A DNA stretch of 64,000 nt from Nitrosopumilus sp. (GTDB taxonomy: Archaea > Thermoproteota > Nitrososphaeria > Nitrososphaerales > Nitrosopumilaceae). Shown here in pieces: positions 18,824 through 28,416 of the stretch. Position numbers and translations under genes: made by a program. Numbering within the stretch: position 1 is the first letter of the stretch; each line of letters begins with the position of its first letter. The stretch spans positions 1,760,001 through 1,824,000 of the forward strand of contig OZ242041.1 of the NCBI GenBank assembly GCA_965205215.1. Direction: 5' to 3'. A model generated the notes under the pieces. That model was not told the DNA's origin, made no database searches, and saw only the letters and a list, made by a program, of their open reading frames with translations.

Positions 18824-20374
18824 TCACCTTGGATCCTGCGCAGTGCCGGCCTCATCAGGCCCGTGGCCCGGGTTGCCGTCACTGCCACTGCCGTCGTCGC
18901 CTTTCTCACCGTCGTCGGTGGCCTCGCTGTCCAGTGCAGGAGGCGCCCCGGCAGAGGACTTGGCGTCGACAAGCTCCGCATCGTCGTCGTCGAAGTCCAG
19001 GTCGCGGTCGTCCTCGTCTCCGCCCGTCATCGATATCACCTTGTCCCCCACCTTTACGATAAAGGGGGCCAGAAACGACGTGATTATGGATATCAGTCCG
19101 ATAAGGGGAAATACGAACGCACTGACCGCCCCGATGTCCACGCCCACCTTTACTATAACGATGGAAAACTCCCCCCTCGGTGACGCAAGGACGAACGCGG
19201 AGCGGAGGGCCTTTTTGCGCTTCATGCGGAACAGCATGTTGCCAGCCATATTCGCCCCGAACTTCATCCCCATCGAGGCAAGTATCAGGGCCACTGCCAG
19301 AAATATGTAGTCGTTGAGCTGCGACACGTCCATCAGCGCCCCGACGGATATGAAGAATATCGCGACAAACATGTCCTTTATGGGGTTGGACAGCACGCGC
19401 GCAACCTCGGCAGACTTGGACTCGGCCACCAGCACGCCGGCAAGAAACGCCCCTATCGCGACGGAGAGCCCCATGAGGTTTGCAAATAGTGCATAACCAA
19501 AGCAGATTCCAAGCAGGCTCAGCAGCAGTATCTCCCTGTGCTCCATGGCCGCAACGCGGTCGATCAGGTGCGGGATTATCCTCGTCCCTATGAGCAGCGT
19601 CCCGGCAATCATGCCGGTGGCCACCATCACCACCACCACGATGGACTCGATGGATACGGAGCCCACGAGCGCCACGGACTGCAGCGACGATATCAGAATG
19701 ACTGCAATCACGTCCTCCACTATCAGTATGCCCAGGACCAGCACGGACGACTCCTCCTTGATGCGCCCCATCTCCTCGAATATCTTGACGATGATGGCGG
19801 TGCTCGATATGGAGAGCGCGGCCGCCAGAAAGAGGGCGTCCATGAATACCATCCCGAGCGCCGTCGCCACGTAGAATACGACTCCCATCGTGGATAGCAG
19901 TCCCAGCGAGCCTATCCCGACTGCAGAGCGCCCCATGCTCTTGATCTTTGCGTAGGGAAACTCTATGCCTATTACAAACAGCAGCAGAATCACGCCAATC
20001 TCGGCAAAGAGGTTCAGCGCGGTAATGTCTGCGACCAGTCCGACTATCTCGATGGTGCCCTCACCGTGCCCGTCCGGGCCCTGGGCGGCGAGATCCGGCA
20101 GCAGCCAGGACCAGAACGGGGAGAGGGGCCCTATCAGCATGCCGGCGAACAGGTATCCGATGATGAGTGGCTGCCGGATCTTGAAGAATGCAAGGGTGAC
20201 TACGGCGCCGATGATCATTATAATGGCAAGGTCGGTCACAAAGTTGACGTGTGTAAGGTCCGGCGTGAGCTGGTCGACTGTGGCGCTCAGAAAGCCCGAG
20301 ACTCGGTCTTCGCCACCCTCGCCGGCGCCGTTGAAGAGTGGGAAGCCCAGCATGTACAGAGACGTGCCATGCAT
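18824..20374 (-). CDS. Cation:proton antiporter (CPA2/KefB-like) with acidic tail
   Basis: PLIIGYLFAGMLIGP, GVILLLFVIGIE, SISSTAIIVK, ILIVEDV, GAFLAG, PRGEFS; start uncertain. Confidence 0.92.
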   Translation of the reverse strand: MHGTSLYMLGFPLFNGAGEGGEDRVSGFLSATVDQLTPDLTHVNFVTDLAIIMIIGAVVTLAFFKIRQPLIIGYLFAGMLIGPLSPFWSWLLPDLAAQGPDGHGEGTIEIVGLVADITALNLFAEIGVILLLFVIGIEFPYAKIKSMGRSAVGIGSLGLLSTMGVVFYVATALGMVFMDALFLAAALSISSTAIIVKIFEEMGRIKEESSVLVLGILIVEDVIAVILISSLQSVALVGSVSIESIVVVVMVATGMIAGTLLIGTRIIPHLIDRVAAMEHREILLLSLLGICFGYALFANLMGLSVAIGAFLAGVLVAESKSAEVARVLSNPIKDMFVAIFFISVGALMDVSQLNDYIFLAVALILASMGMKFGANMAGNMLFRMKRKKALRSAFVLASPRGEFSIVIVKVGVDIGAVSAFVFPLIGLISIITSFLAPFIVKVGDKVISMTGGDEDDRDLDFDDDDAELVDAKSSAGAPPALDSEATDDGEKGDDGSGSDGNPGHGPDEAGTAQDPR

Positions 20375-20584
20375 TCTTAAAAATGATCCCAAACTGAAAC
20401 AGGGATTTTTTCAGTCCTGAACTAACCGCGGGGGCCAAGCTCTTTATGCGCGGCAGGAGCACCCGCCGCAGAGCGGGATGATGATCAGGTCGGCTGAACG
20501 TACGTGTGGAGACAGACCTGGGGTATCTGACTGCCGTAGCCTCCCAGAAGCCGTCGCAGTTGCGACGTCACAGGGGGAGCCTCA

Positions 20585-20818
20585 TCACCGCATCATGCCG
20601 TGCAGCATGGCCTTTTTCATCCACGACAGTATCAGTATCCACAGCACTACAAGCCCCAGCGTTATGCCCGCCTTGGCTGCAGAGGATGCAAGCGGCCCCT
20701 GATCACCGCAGCAGTCCAGCTCGAGCGGGGCGACCAGCAGGACCAGTATCCCGCCGCCGACAATCATGAGCGCCCACATCACCAGAATGAACACGACGAG
20801 CGGCCCGAGGTTGGCCAT
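20585..20818 (-). CDS. Small two-TM membrane protein
   Basis: Two hydrophobic helices from MANLGPLVVFIL; lies just downstream of the MraY-like gene. Confidence 0.65.
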   Translation of the reverse strand: MANLGPLVVFILVMWALMIVGGGILVLLVAPLELDCCGDQGPLASSAAKAGITLGLVVLWILILSWMKKAMLHGMMR

Positions 20819-20969
20819 CAGCAGCAACACCGGCCGTATGTCACGTGACAGGCAGGAATGGACGCGTCCGCGCAGGTATGGTCCGGGTACGCGCGGCAGC
20901 AGGGGCCGTCGCGGCAGAGTCCACGGCCACACATGCCGTAACGGGCGCGTCCGTACGCGTCGTTTTCGG

Positions 20970-22004
20970 TCAAGCCTGCGGCCACCATCCCGAGCCGATG
21001 CTCCATGTCATCATCAATGCAGTCAGTACTGCAAGCCCGCTTGATATGACGGCGAGCTTGAATACGGCCGAGACCACCTGAGCCTCAGTGTGCGGGACGG
21101 GACCCGCAATCAGCCCTACCAGGCTTATCGACGCATCCTTGATGCCGGAGCACTTTATGCGAAAATCGTCGGTGATTACGGTCGACTTTTTTGCCACCTG
21201 CCTGTGCTCCACTATTCGCTTTACGCTTGCAAGGAACAGAAACGAGTTGATTATTGCCGGAAGCATGGCGACGGCGGCCACGATCTCCACCCCGCCGCAT
21301 ATCGCAATAGCCCCGTATGCGCCGCCAAGCATCAATGCCCCCGAATCCCCGGGGAATATGCGGCACGGGATCCTGTGGTACCTGTAGTATGCGGCAGATA
21401 CCGCGACAAGCGACAGCGAGATTACGGCCATCTCATAGTTCTGCAGGATGACGAGCGCTGCTGTCAGGGCGGCTCCCGTGATCGCCATGAACCCGCTCAG
21501 CAGCCCGTTCATGACGTCAATGGAGTTGGCAGTGTTGCCGGTAATACAGATCATCAGGGGCGCCAGCGCCAGGTAGAGGATTGGGATGCGGGTGTCGCCA
21601 AAGAGCGGAAACGAGAGGTTCGAGTCGTATGCCCCAAGCAGCAGGATCGGGGCGGCGGCCGCGGCGAGCGCGACTGGCTTGAACCACCCGCCCATCACCT
21701 TTTTGTCATCAACGTATCCCACCACAAAGCAGGAGAGCGCAGTAAGCATCACGGCAAGTATCTCAACGGATTGGAACACCGCGTATGCAACGGCCCCGGC
21801 TACCATGAACCCGGCGGTCAGGACGGGGCCGGCCGGCCTCGGCACCATGCTGCCGTCCGGTTTTAACACGTCCACCACCGTGCTGCCGGTCCGCCTCAGG
21901 CGGGCGATCAGCGGCGGGATTGCAAAGTGCACCGTCGCAGACGCGGCCAGTGGCGATATGACTGCGGCGGCGGCCAGCGCCAGCAGCGGCAGCGTCGAGG
22001 GCAT
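20970..22004 (-). CDS. Polyprenyl-phosphate GlcNAc-1-P transferase (MraY/GPT family, AglH-like)
   Basis: GYVDD, GNTANSIDVMNGL, RIFPGDSG motifs; multi-TM; start uncertain. Confidence 0.9.
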   Translation of the reverse strand: MPSTLPLLALAAAAVISPLAASATVHFAIPPLIARLRRTGSTVVDVLKPDGSMVPRPAGPVLTAGFMVAGAVAYAVFQSVEILAVMLTALSCFVVGYVDDKKVMGGWFKPVALAAAAAPILLLGAYDSNLSFPLFGDTRIPILYLALAPLMICITGNTANSIDVMNGLLSGFMAITGAALTAALVILQNYEMAVISLSLVAVSAAYYRYHRIPCRIFPGDSGALMLGGAYGAIAICGGVEIVAAVAMLPAIINSFLFLASVKRIVEHRQVAKKSTVITDDFRIKCSGIKDASISLVGLIAGPVPHTEAQVVSAVFKLAVISSGLAVLTALMMTWSIGSGWWPQA

Positions 22005-22115
22005 CTGAGATACGTGCTCCAACACACCCGAGCTCCGCGGTTCCAATTTACGCTTTTTGTCTGTGACGATGAGGCGCTTCATTATCCTTTTTAACGGAGT
22101 TGGCGAGACAGCATC

Positions 22116-24092
22116 ATGGTAACATCGTCAAGAAAAACGACGAAATCATCACCGTCATCAAGGAAGAAATCCGCGGCAAGGAAAGGCGCTGGGGCCAAAA
22201 AGGCGCAGGCGCCCGCGGCCAAGCGCGCCGGATCCGCAAAAAAGGCGAGCGCAAAGGCCACGACGTCTGCAAGCAGGCGCTCCACCTCTTCGGCACCGCC
22301 ATCGACAACAAAAAAGCCCGCAAAGCCCAGAACCGCAAGACGCCAGCAGGAGAAACCCAGGGGTGCAAAGGGAATTGCGGCCAAAAAGGTGCAGGCGCCC
22401 GCGGCCAAGCGCGCCGGATCCGCAAAAAAGGCGAGCGCAAAGGCCACGACGTCTGCAAGCAGGCGCTCCACCTCTTCGACACCGCCATCGACAACAAAAA
22501 AGCCCGCAAAGCCCAAAACCGCAAGACGCCAGCAGGAGAAACCCAAGGGTGCAAATGGCGCCGCAAAGGCCCACACCAGTACGACCCGATCCAGGACGGC
22601 TTCGGCAGCCGCCACTACCAACGCCGCCGCTCCCAAGACCCCCGCATCGTCCACCCTGCTGCTCTCAAGGGTCAGATCCATTACCGAGTCCATAGCAGGA
22701 ATGCGGGACGAGATGCAGGCACTCTCAAAGGCGGTTGCCAGCGGCAAGGACAGTATGCCGGCGATAAGCGGCATGTCAGAGTCGCTTGCGGCCGTGCTCG
22801 TGCAGATTCAAAAGCAGTCGAGGCAGATAGCAAGCCTCAAGAAGGAGACGCAGGGGCTATTTGAGGGCCTAGAGGAGATAAGCGACAGGTCAGAGTCCAA
22901 GAGGGGCAGCCTGGAGTCGAGCCTGCACGACGTGCAGCAAAAGATAGAGAAGATTGCAGAGGTCCAAGGCCAGGCAGACTCGGAGGCGGTCGCGGAAAAG
23001 ATCAACGACAGCGTGAGATCCATAATAGAGGACTCCGAGTCTATCGCAGGCCTGTCACGTGCATTGGATGCGACAAGAAACGAGATAAGGGTGGTGGGCG
23101 CAAGGGCAGCCTCGGCCACGGGCACCGGCATCGAGATAGACGCGCTGAGAACCGAGATTTCAGGCATTGCAGACGCGGTCAATGCCGGCTCTGCCTCGGG
23201 TACCCACCTAAAGCAGGAGCTCGACAGGCTTGCCGACAGGGTGGAGACCGTTGCAAAGTCCAGTTCCGGGGTGCAGGAAGGCATCAGGGAGACGCTGGGG
23301 CAGGTCGCGGCAGAAACGGCCAAGATCAAAGACGTGGACGCGGTTCTTGACGGGTTCAAAAGTCAGCTTGACGCCATCACGTCAAAGACGGAATCGGCCG
23401 CTAGGATCGAGATTCCAGAATCCGTTACAGATAGGCTTGAGAGCATAGGTTCTGAGATTGCGATCCTTGCAAAAAGCGCCGACGAGGTGGCCCTCACAAA
23501 GGACAGCCTCGACAGGGTCCGGGAGGAGATCATCTCCGTAAAATCAGACATTGCGGGGATAATAGGGATAATGGACCAAAAGATGTCCAGCGCGTCGGGG
23601 ATCCTGCAGAGGCAGCAGGAGAATGCGGCCGATCTACACGGAAAGATAGACGAGATGTACTCTAGGATTCAGGAGATCAAGGGCAGCTCAGACGAGTCGG
23701 CCCGCGAGGCGTCAAAGGAAACGGCGAGGCTGCTGAGGCTCTCCGAGTACCAGTCCGCAATGAGGATGAGCTCAGAGTCAAAGTACGGGGACCTGGACAC
23801 GATACGGGAGATGTCGGCCAAGACGGCGGACATCAACGGGGTGTTTGGCGGCGGCGGCGATGACGACAACGGCAGTCCCGGAGGGCTTCCTCCCAATGTG
23901 AGAAGGTGGGCGGCCGGCAAGATACTGGACTGCGCCGACAGGTGGGAGATCAGGTTTGCCGACGTCTACTCCATCATGAATGAAATGATGGGGGCCGACA
24001 TGACAAGGGAGTCCATTAACATGTCCCAGGTCCGCGACATATACGGAATCAGGGCAGTCAACGAGATAAACGAAGGATCAGGCAGCGCGTGA
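22116..24092 (+). CDS. Long coiled-coil protein with a Lys/Ala/Ser/Thr-rich N-terminal tail and a small C-terminal domain
   Basis: About 190-aa basic low-complexity N-terminus, long heptad-rich region, C-terminal ESKYGDL..W...ILDCADRWEIRF..V...QVRDIYGIRAV. Confidence 0.8.
   Translation: MVTSSRKTTKSSPSSRKKSAARKGAGAKKAQAPAAKRAGSAKKASAKATTSASRRSTSSAPPSTTKKPAKPRTARRQQEKPRGAKGIAAKKVQAPAAKRAGSAKKASAKATTSASRRSTSSTPPSTTKKPAKPKTARRQQEKPKGANGAAKAHTSTTRSRTASAAATTNAAAPKTPASSTLLLSRVRSITESIAGMRDEMQALSKAVASGKDSMPAISGMSESLAAVLVQIQKQSRQIASLKKETQGLFEGLEEISDRSESKRGSLESSLHDVQQKIEKIAEVQGQADSEAVAEKINDSVRSIIEDSESIAGLSRALDATRNEIRVVGARAASATGTGIEIDALRTEISGIADAVNAGSASGTHLKQELDRLADRVETVAKSSSGVQEGIRETLGQVAAETAKIKDVDAVLDGFKSQLDAITSKTESAARIEIPESVTDRLESIGSEIAILAKSADEVALTKDSLDRVREEIISVKSDIAGIIGIMDQKMSSASGILQRQQENAADLHGKIDEMYSRIQEIKGSSDESAREASKETARLLRLSEYQSAMRMSSESKYGDLDTIREMSAKTADINGVFGGGGDDDNGSPGGLPPNVRRWAAGKILDCADRWEIRFADVYSIMNEMMGADMTRESINMSQVRDIYGIRAVNEINEGSGSA
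22193..22555. repeat. Near-perfect in-frame tandem duplication, 186-bp (62-codon) period
   Basis: 22193-22369 matches 22379-22555 with only a few substitutions. Confidence 0.95.
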
Positions 24093-24158
24093 CGCGCCGG
24101 CCGATGTCGGGTTGCAGGTGATCAGGATCCAGTGTCGCCGCTGTCGTCGGGGCCGGTG

Positions 24159-24410
24159 CTATTCCGCAGCGTCGTCATCATCAGGTATCGAGATCATCAC
24201 GATGTTGTCGCCCCGGAGCAATACCGTGTCAAGCTCGTCCCGCTCCTTGCCGTCGGCAGACACCTCGCTGATAGAGTCAAGCTTCATAGTCATGTGTATG
24301 TCAAAGTCGCGCAATATCCCGTTTACAACCTTGCCGCTCCGCAGCTTTATCATCAGCGGTTTTCCCTTTCTGCCCTCAAGCAGCGCGGATATCTCGTCGG
24401 CCAAGATCAT
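24159..24410 (-). CDS. Lsm/Sm-like (SmAP) RNA-binding protein
   Basis: Sm1 motif G.LRDFDIHM and Sm2 motif LLRGDNIV; the ORF-track N-terminal extension is a microsatellite artefact. Confidence 0.88.
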   Translation of the reverse strand: MILADEISALLEGRKGKPLMIKLRSGKVVNGILRDFDIHMTMKLDSISEVSADGKERDELDTVLLRGDNIVMISIPDDDDAAE

Positions 24411-24533
24411 CGCCACCTTTGCTGCCGCAGTGCAGCGGTCTTCGTCCGCGGCACGGCCATTGATGTCACTGGTGCCGCTGTTACGGCCGTCGCTGATTTC
24501 ATTATCGTCATCATCACCATCATCGCCATTGTC

Positions 24534-24554
24534 ATAATAATAATAATAATAATA
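24534..24554. repeat. (ATA)7 microsatellite between rpoA and lsm
   Basis: Read directly; preceded by degenerate (TCA/TCG)n triplets. Confidence 0.85.
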
Positions 24555-24594
24555 GTCACCAACACATATCTTGCCGTAAACGGAACCCGCCAGG

Positions 24595-27500
24595 TCACCT
24601 CTTCTTGCTGACCTGCATGTACAGGTCGACGGTCCCGCTTCCAATCGGTATGTTACTCCCCACTATGACGTTCTCCGTGATTCCCTTCAGCTGCTCAATC
24701 TCGCCGCCGAGCGCCGCGTGCGCTATGGTCGGGACGGTGATCTCAAAGGCCGCCCTTGCAAGCACGCTGTCCTTTGTGCCGGCGATCCCGTGCCTCCCTA
24801 TCTGCTGCATGTATCCGCGCGAGCACATCAGGTCGGAGACGAGCATGATGTAACGGTTGTCGACCTCCAGTCCCTGGTCCTCCAGCGTGTTGTTCAGTTC
24901 GTTTATCAGGGCGTTGCGGGCGGCCTCTATCCCGAGCGTCCCGGCAATCTCAAAGACGTTGTTCGTGCGCACCTTGCGCCTGTCCACCCCTCCGACCTCC
25001 AGTATCTTGGCAATGTTGGAGCCGGTGGTCTGTATCACCCACTCGCCGTCCTTTTGGACAAGCGAGACGCGCTCTATGTCAGGCACGCCCTTGACGGTGG
25101 TATTGAGTACCTTGTTCCGGATTGCAATTACGGTCGCCGTGTCCGGCTCCTCGACCAGGTTGAGCACCAGCATGTTGCCGGTGCTCTCGGTCTTGAACTT
25201 CTTGTTGGATGCGAGTGCCGCCTCCACATCGACCATGCTGCACCCCCGGGACTTTAGCTTCTGCTCCCCCAGTACCAGCCTTATCTGGGTCGCATAGTCC
25301 GTGTCGTGCGTCTCCACAAGGGAGCTTACCTTTGTCTGGAGCACGTGTTTTGCGACCTCTATGGCCCCCTCCCGCGACGTGCGGTTCTCCTCATCAAGGT
25401 ATATGTCCATCGTGGGGGTGACGGGCTTTTTGCGCGCGTCAACCAGCTCGATGAGCCTGGGCAGTCCCAGCGTGACGTTGCGCTCCCGGATCCCGGCAAA
25501 GTGGAAGGTTCGGAGCGTCATCTGCGTGCCGGGCTCCCCTATAGACTGCGCCGTGACGATGCCGACGGCCTGCCCCGGCTCGACCTTTGCCTTGTTGTAC
25601 AGCAGGAGCCCCTTTTTGCAGACGGCCTCTGCACCCGCCTTGCTGAGCCCGGAGCTGTGCAGCGCGTCGGCCACGTGCGATGCGAGCCTCGGATTGAACG
25701 TCTTTGTATACTTGGCGACCAGCGCGTCAAGCTCGGCCTTTGTGGCCTTGGTTCCGGTGTCCACGATTGTCTGCGACTCGGTGAGCCTGCGCGCGTTGAA
25801 CGCCTCGCCGTGGTCGCTCTTTGCGACGTCGATGCCGTCCTCGCCGTACATGAACTGTATTATGTGCCCGTGCGGGTCCCTGACCGTCCCGTCATACTCG
25901 AGCCGGATGTGCTCCAGCGCGTTTATCAGGCGCCGCTGCATGTAGCCGCTCTGCTGCGTGCGGACGGCCGTGTCGACGAGCCCCTCCCGTCCGCCCATCG
26001 CGTGGAAGAAGAACTCAAGGGCGGACAGTCCGTCCCGGTAGTTGGACTTTACAAACCCGTGCGCGTCGGGGTTGTTGTCGTGCCTCCTAAAGTGGGGAAG
26101 GGCCCTGTCGCTGTACCCGTCGTTGAGCCTGTTGCCGCGCCTGGACTGCTGCCCGAGGGCTCCGGCCATCTGCCCCACGTTGAGCGACGAGCCGCGGGCA
26201 CCCGTGGTGGCCATTATCTTGCCGGCGTTGTCAGCGTGCATCGAGTCGTTCGCGGCCGAGCCTGCGCGGTCCCTAGCCTTGCCAAGCTCGTTTACGATGT
26301 ACGCCTCGAGCGCCTCCTCGGGGCGCATTCCGCGGGTGACCTTCAGGGTGCCGTCCTCGTGCTGCCCGATCAGATCCGACACCTGATCGTACGTGCCGCG
26401 TATGTCATCCAGAATGTGTCTGCGGTCGGCCTCCGGCACCTCTAGGTCCCCGAGACCGTAGCTGAACCCGTAGTGGGTGATGAACTGCTTTACCATGATA
26501 AGTATCGAGTTGAGGAACTTCTTGCCGACGTCGTTCCCATAGTCCTTGGCGATGCGGTGCAGCACGCTCTCCGGCTCCTCCGCCCCGATGGACGTCTTGT
26601 CGATGACCCCGCTTATCAGCTGCCCGTTCTTTATCACGACGTCGTTCTGCTTGCCCTTCGTGCCCTTGGACCACTTGGACGTCATCACGTAGTTAAAGTC
26701 GGCGGGCAGGAATAGCGAGAAGAGCTGCTTGCCCGTATACGCGGGCTGCTCTCCCTTTTTGCCGCCGCTTCCCCCTTCAACAGGCATCGAGGCCGCGGGC
26801 TTTGGAAGCTTGCCGTCATATCCGCCGAGCATGGCCAGGTTTGAGAACTCCGAGACAGACAGCAGTGTGTCGTCCTTGGTCATCAGATAGGCGCCCGTAA
26901 CAAAGTCCCTCAGCGCCCCTATGATTGGGCCGCCGTATCTGGGAGATATCAGCTGCTCCTGGACCCTCATCAGCAGGATTGCCTCGGCGCGGGCCTCCTC
27001 GCTCTGCGGCACGTGCAGGTTCATCTCGTCGCCGTCAAAGTCCGCGTTGTAGGGGGGGCACACTGAGGGGTGCAGCCGGAACGTCTTGCCTGGAAGCACC
27101 CGCACATAGTGGGCCATTATGGACATCTGGTGCAGCGACGGCTGCCGGTTGAACATCACAATGTCGCCGTCGGACAGGTGCCGTTCCACCCTGTACCCGC
27201 GCTCCAGGGACTCGGCTATTCCGCTGCGGTCGTCGACAAAGTCGAGGCGTATCTTTACGCCGTCGGGCCTGACGATATAGTTGACGCCGGGGAACTTTTC
27301 GGGCCCGTTGATTATGAGCTTGCGCATGTGCTCTATGTTCCACTCCGTCACTATCTCAGGTATGGTAAGCTTCATGGCGACGCTCTCCGGGACGCCCACC
27401 TCGGAGAGGTCCAGGTTGGGGTCGGGGGATATCACGGTGCGGCTCGAAAAGTCCACGCGCTTGCCGGACAGCGAGCCGCGGAACCTTCCCTCCTTTCCCT

Positions 27501-28416
27501 TGAGGCGCTGCGTCAGCGTCTTGAGGGGCCTGCCGGAGCGGTGGTGCGCCTGCGGTATGCCGGAGACCTCGTTGTCAAAGTACGTGGTCGTGTGATACTG
27601 CAGCAGGTCCACGAGATCCTGCACGATAAGGGGGGGCGTCCCGGCCTCCTTGCTCTCCTTGAGGCGCTGGTTGACGCGTATTATGTCGACCATCTTGTGC
27701 GTCAGGTCGTCCTCGGAGCGTATCCCGGTCTCCAGTATGATGGAGGGCCTCACGGTCACGGGCGGGACGGGCAGCGCCTGGAGGACGAACCACTCGGGGC
27801 GCGCCGTGGTCGGGTCGTAGGACAGCAGCTCGAGATCATCGTCAAGTATCTGCGAGAAGCGCTCGCGGATTGTGATTGGCAGCAGCCTGTTCTCGCCGGC
27901 CTCGGTCTTCTCCACAAAGATGGTGGGCTTTGTAAATATAAGCTCATACTGGGACTTGCCGCAGTGGGGGCAGTCCTTTTGCTTGCGGGCCTTCTCGATT
28001 ATCTTCTCGGGTATGCGCTTTTGGGACACTATGGTGTACGCGGCCTCCTTGCGCTTTACCGCGCGGAACGCGTCAAGCTCGTCCTGCGGCACCTTCAGCC
28101 GGGAGCAGGAGCGGCACATCGACAGGAGCAGCTTGTGGATGTTGTCTATGAACGCGATGTGGAGCACGGGCTCTGCAAGCTCGATGTGTCCAAAGTGCCC
28201 CGGACACCTCGCGGCGGTGTTCCCGCACGTGAGGCATTTCTGTCCGGGCTCCAGCGTGCCAAGCCGGCCGTCCATCAGCCCGCCCTGCACAGGAATCCCG
28301 TCCTCGTCGTACGTCTCGGGCGCCGTCACCTCGGCCACGGAGTACTTGCGGATCTCAGTCGGCGACCACACCGAGAACCTGATGCTGTCGATGGTCTTTA
28401 CCGTCTCCACGGACAT
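24595..28416 (-). CDS. rpoA: RNA polymerase largest subunit, unsplit A'+A'' (Rpo1)
   Basis: Catalytic NADFDGD motif, CPGHFGH zinc site, and A'' motif GEPGTQMTLRTFH in the same ORF. Confidence 0.98.
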   Translation of the reverse strand: MSVETVKTIDSIRFSVWSPTEIRKYSVAEVTAPETYDEDGIPVQGGLMDGRLGTLEPGQKCLTCGNTAARCPGHFGHIELAEPVLHIAFIDNIHKLLLSMCRSCSRLKVPQDELDAFRAVKRKEAAYTIVSQKRIPEKIIEKARKQKDCPHCGKSQYELIFTKPTIFVEKTEAGENRLLPITIRERFSQILDDDLELLSYDPTTARPEWFVLQALPVPPVTVRPSIILETGIRSEDDLTHKMVDIIRVNQRLKESKEAGTPPLIVQDLVDLLQYHTTTYFDNEVSGIPQAHHRSGRPLKTLTQRLKGKEGRFRGSLSGKRVDFSSRTVISPDPNLDLSEVGVPESVAMKLTIPEIVTEWNIEHMRKLIINGPEKFPGVNYIVRPDGVKIRLDFVDDRSGIAESLERGYRVERHLSDGDIVMFNRQPSLHQMSIMAHYVRVLPGKTFRLHPSVCPPYNADFDGDEMNLHVPQSEEARAEAILLMRVQEQLISPRYGGPIIGALRDFVTGAYLMTKDDTLLSVSEFSNLAMLGGYDGKLPKPAASMPVEGGSGGKKGEQPAYTGKQLFSLFLPADFNYVMTSKWSKGTKGKQNDVVIKNGQLISGVIDKTSIGAEEPESVLHRIAKDYGNDVGKKFLNSILIMVKQFITHYGFSYGLGDLEVPEADRRHILDDIRGTYDQVSDLIGQHEDGTLKVTRGMRPEEALEAYIVNELGKARDRAGSAANDSMHADNAGKIMATTGARGSSLNVGQMAGALGQQSRRGNRLNDGYSDRALPHFRRHDNNPDAHGFVKSNYRDGLSALEFFFHAMGGREGLVDTAVRTQQSGYMQRRLINALEHIRLEYDGTVRDPHGHIIQFMYGEDGIDVAKSDHGEAFNARRLTESQTIVDTGTKATKAELDALVAKYTKTFNPRLASHVADALHSSGLSKAGAEAVCKKGLLLYNKAKVEPGQAVGIVTAQSIGEPGTQMTLRTFHFAGIRERNVTLGLPRLIELVDARKKPVTPTMDIYLDEENRTSREGAIEVAKHVLQTKVSSLVETHDTDYATQIRLVLGEQKLKSRGCSMVDVEAALASNKKFKTESTGNMLVLNLVEEPDTATVIAIRNKVLNTTVKGVPDIERVSLVQKDGEWVIQTTGSNIAKILEVGGVDRRKVRTNNVFEIAGTLGIEAARNALINELNNTLEDQGLEVDNRYIMLVSDLMCSRGYMQQIGRHGIAGTKDSVLARAAFEITVPTIAHAALGGEIEQLKGITENVIVGSNIPIGSGTVDLYMQVSKKR

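Noticed and set aside
24411-24644. Poly-Tyr/Asp N-terminal extension of Lsm
   Set aside because: It comes from an intergenic (ATA)n microsatellite and overlaps the end of rpoA; the Sm fold starts near 24410.
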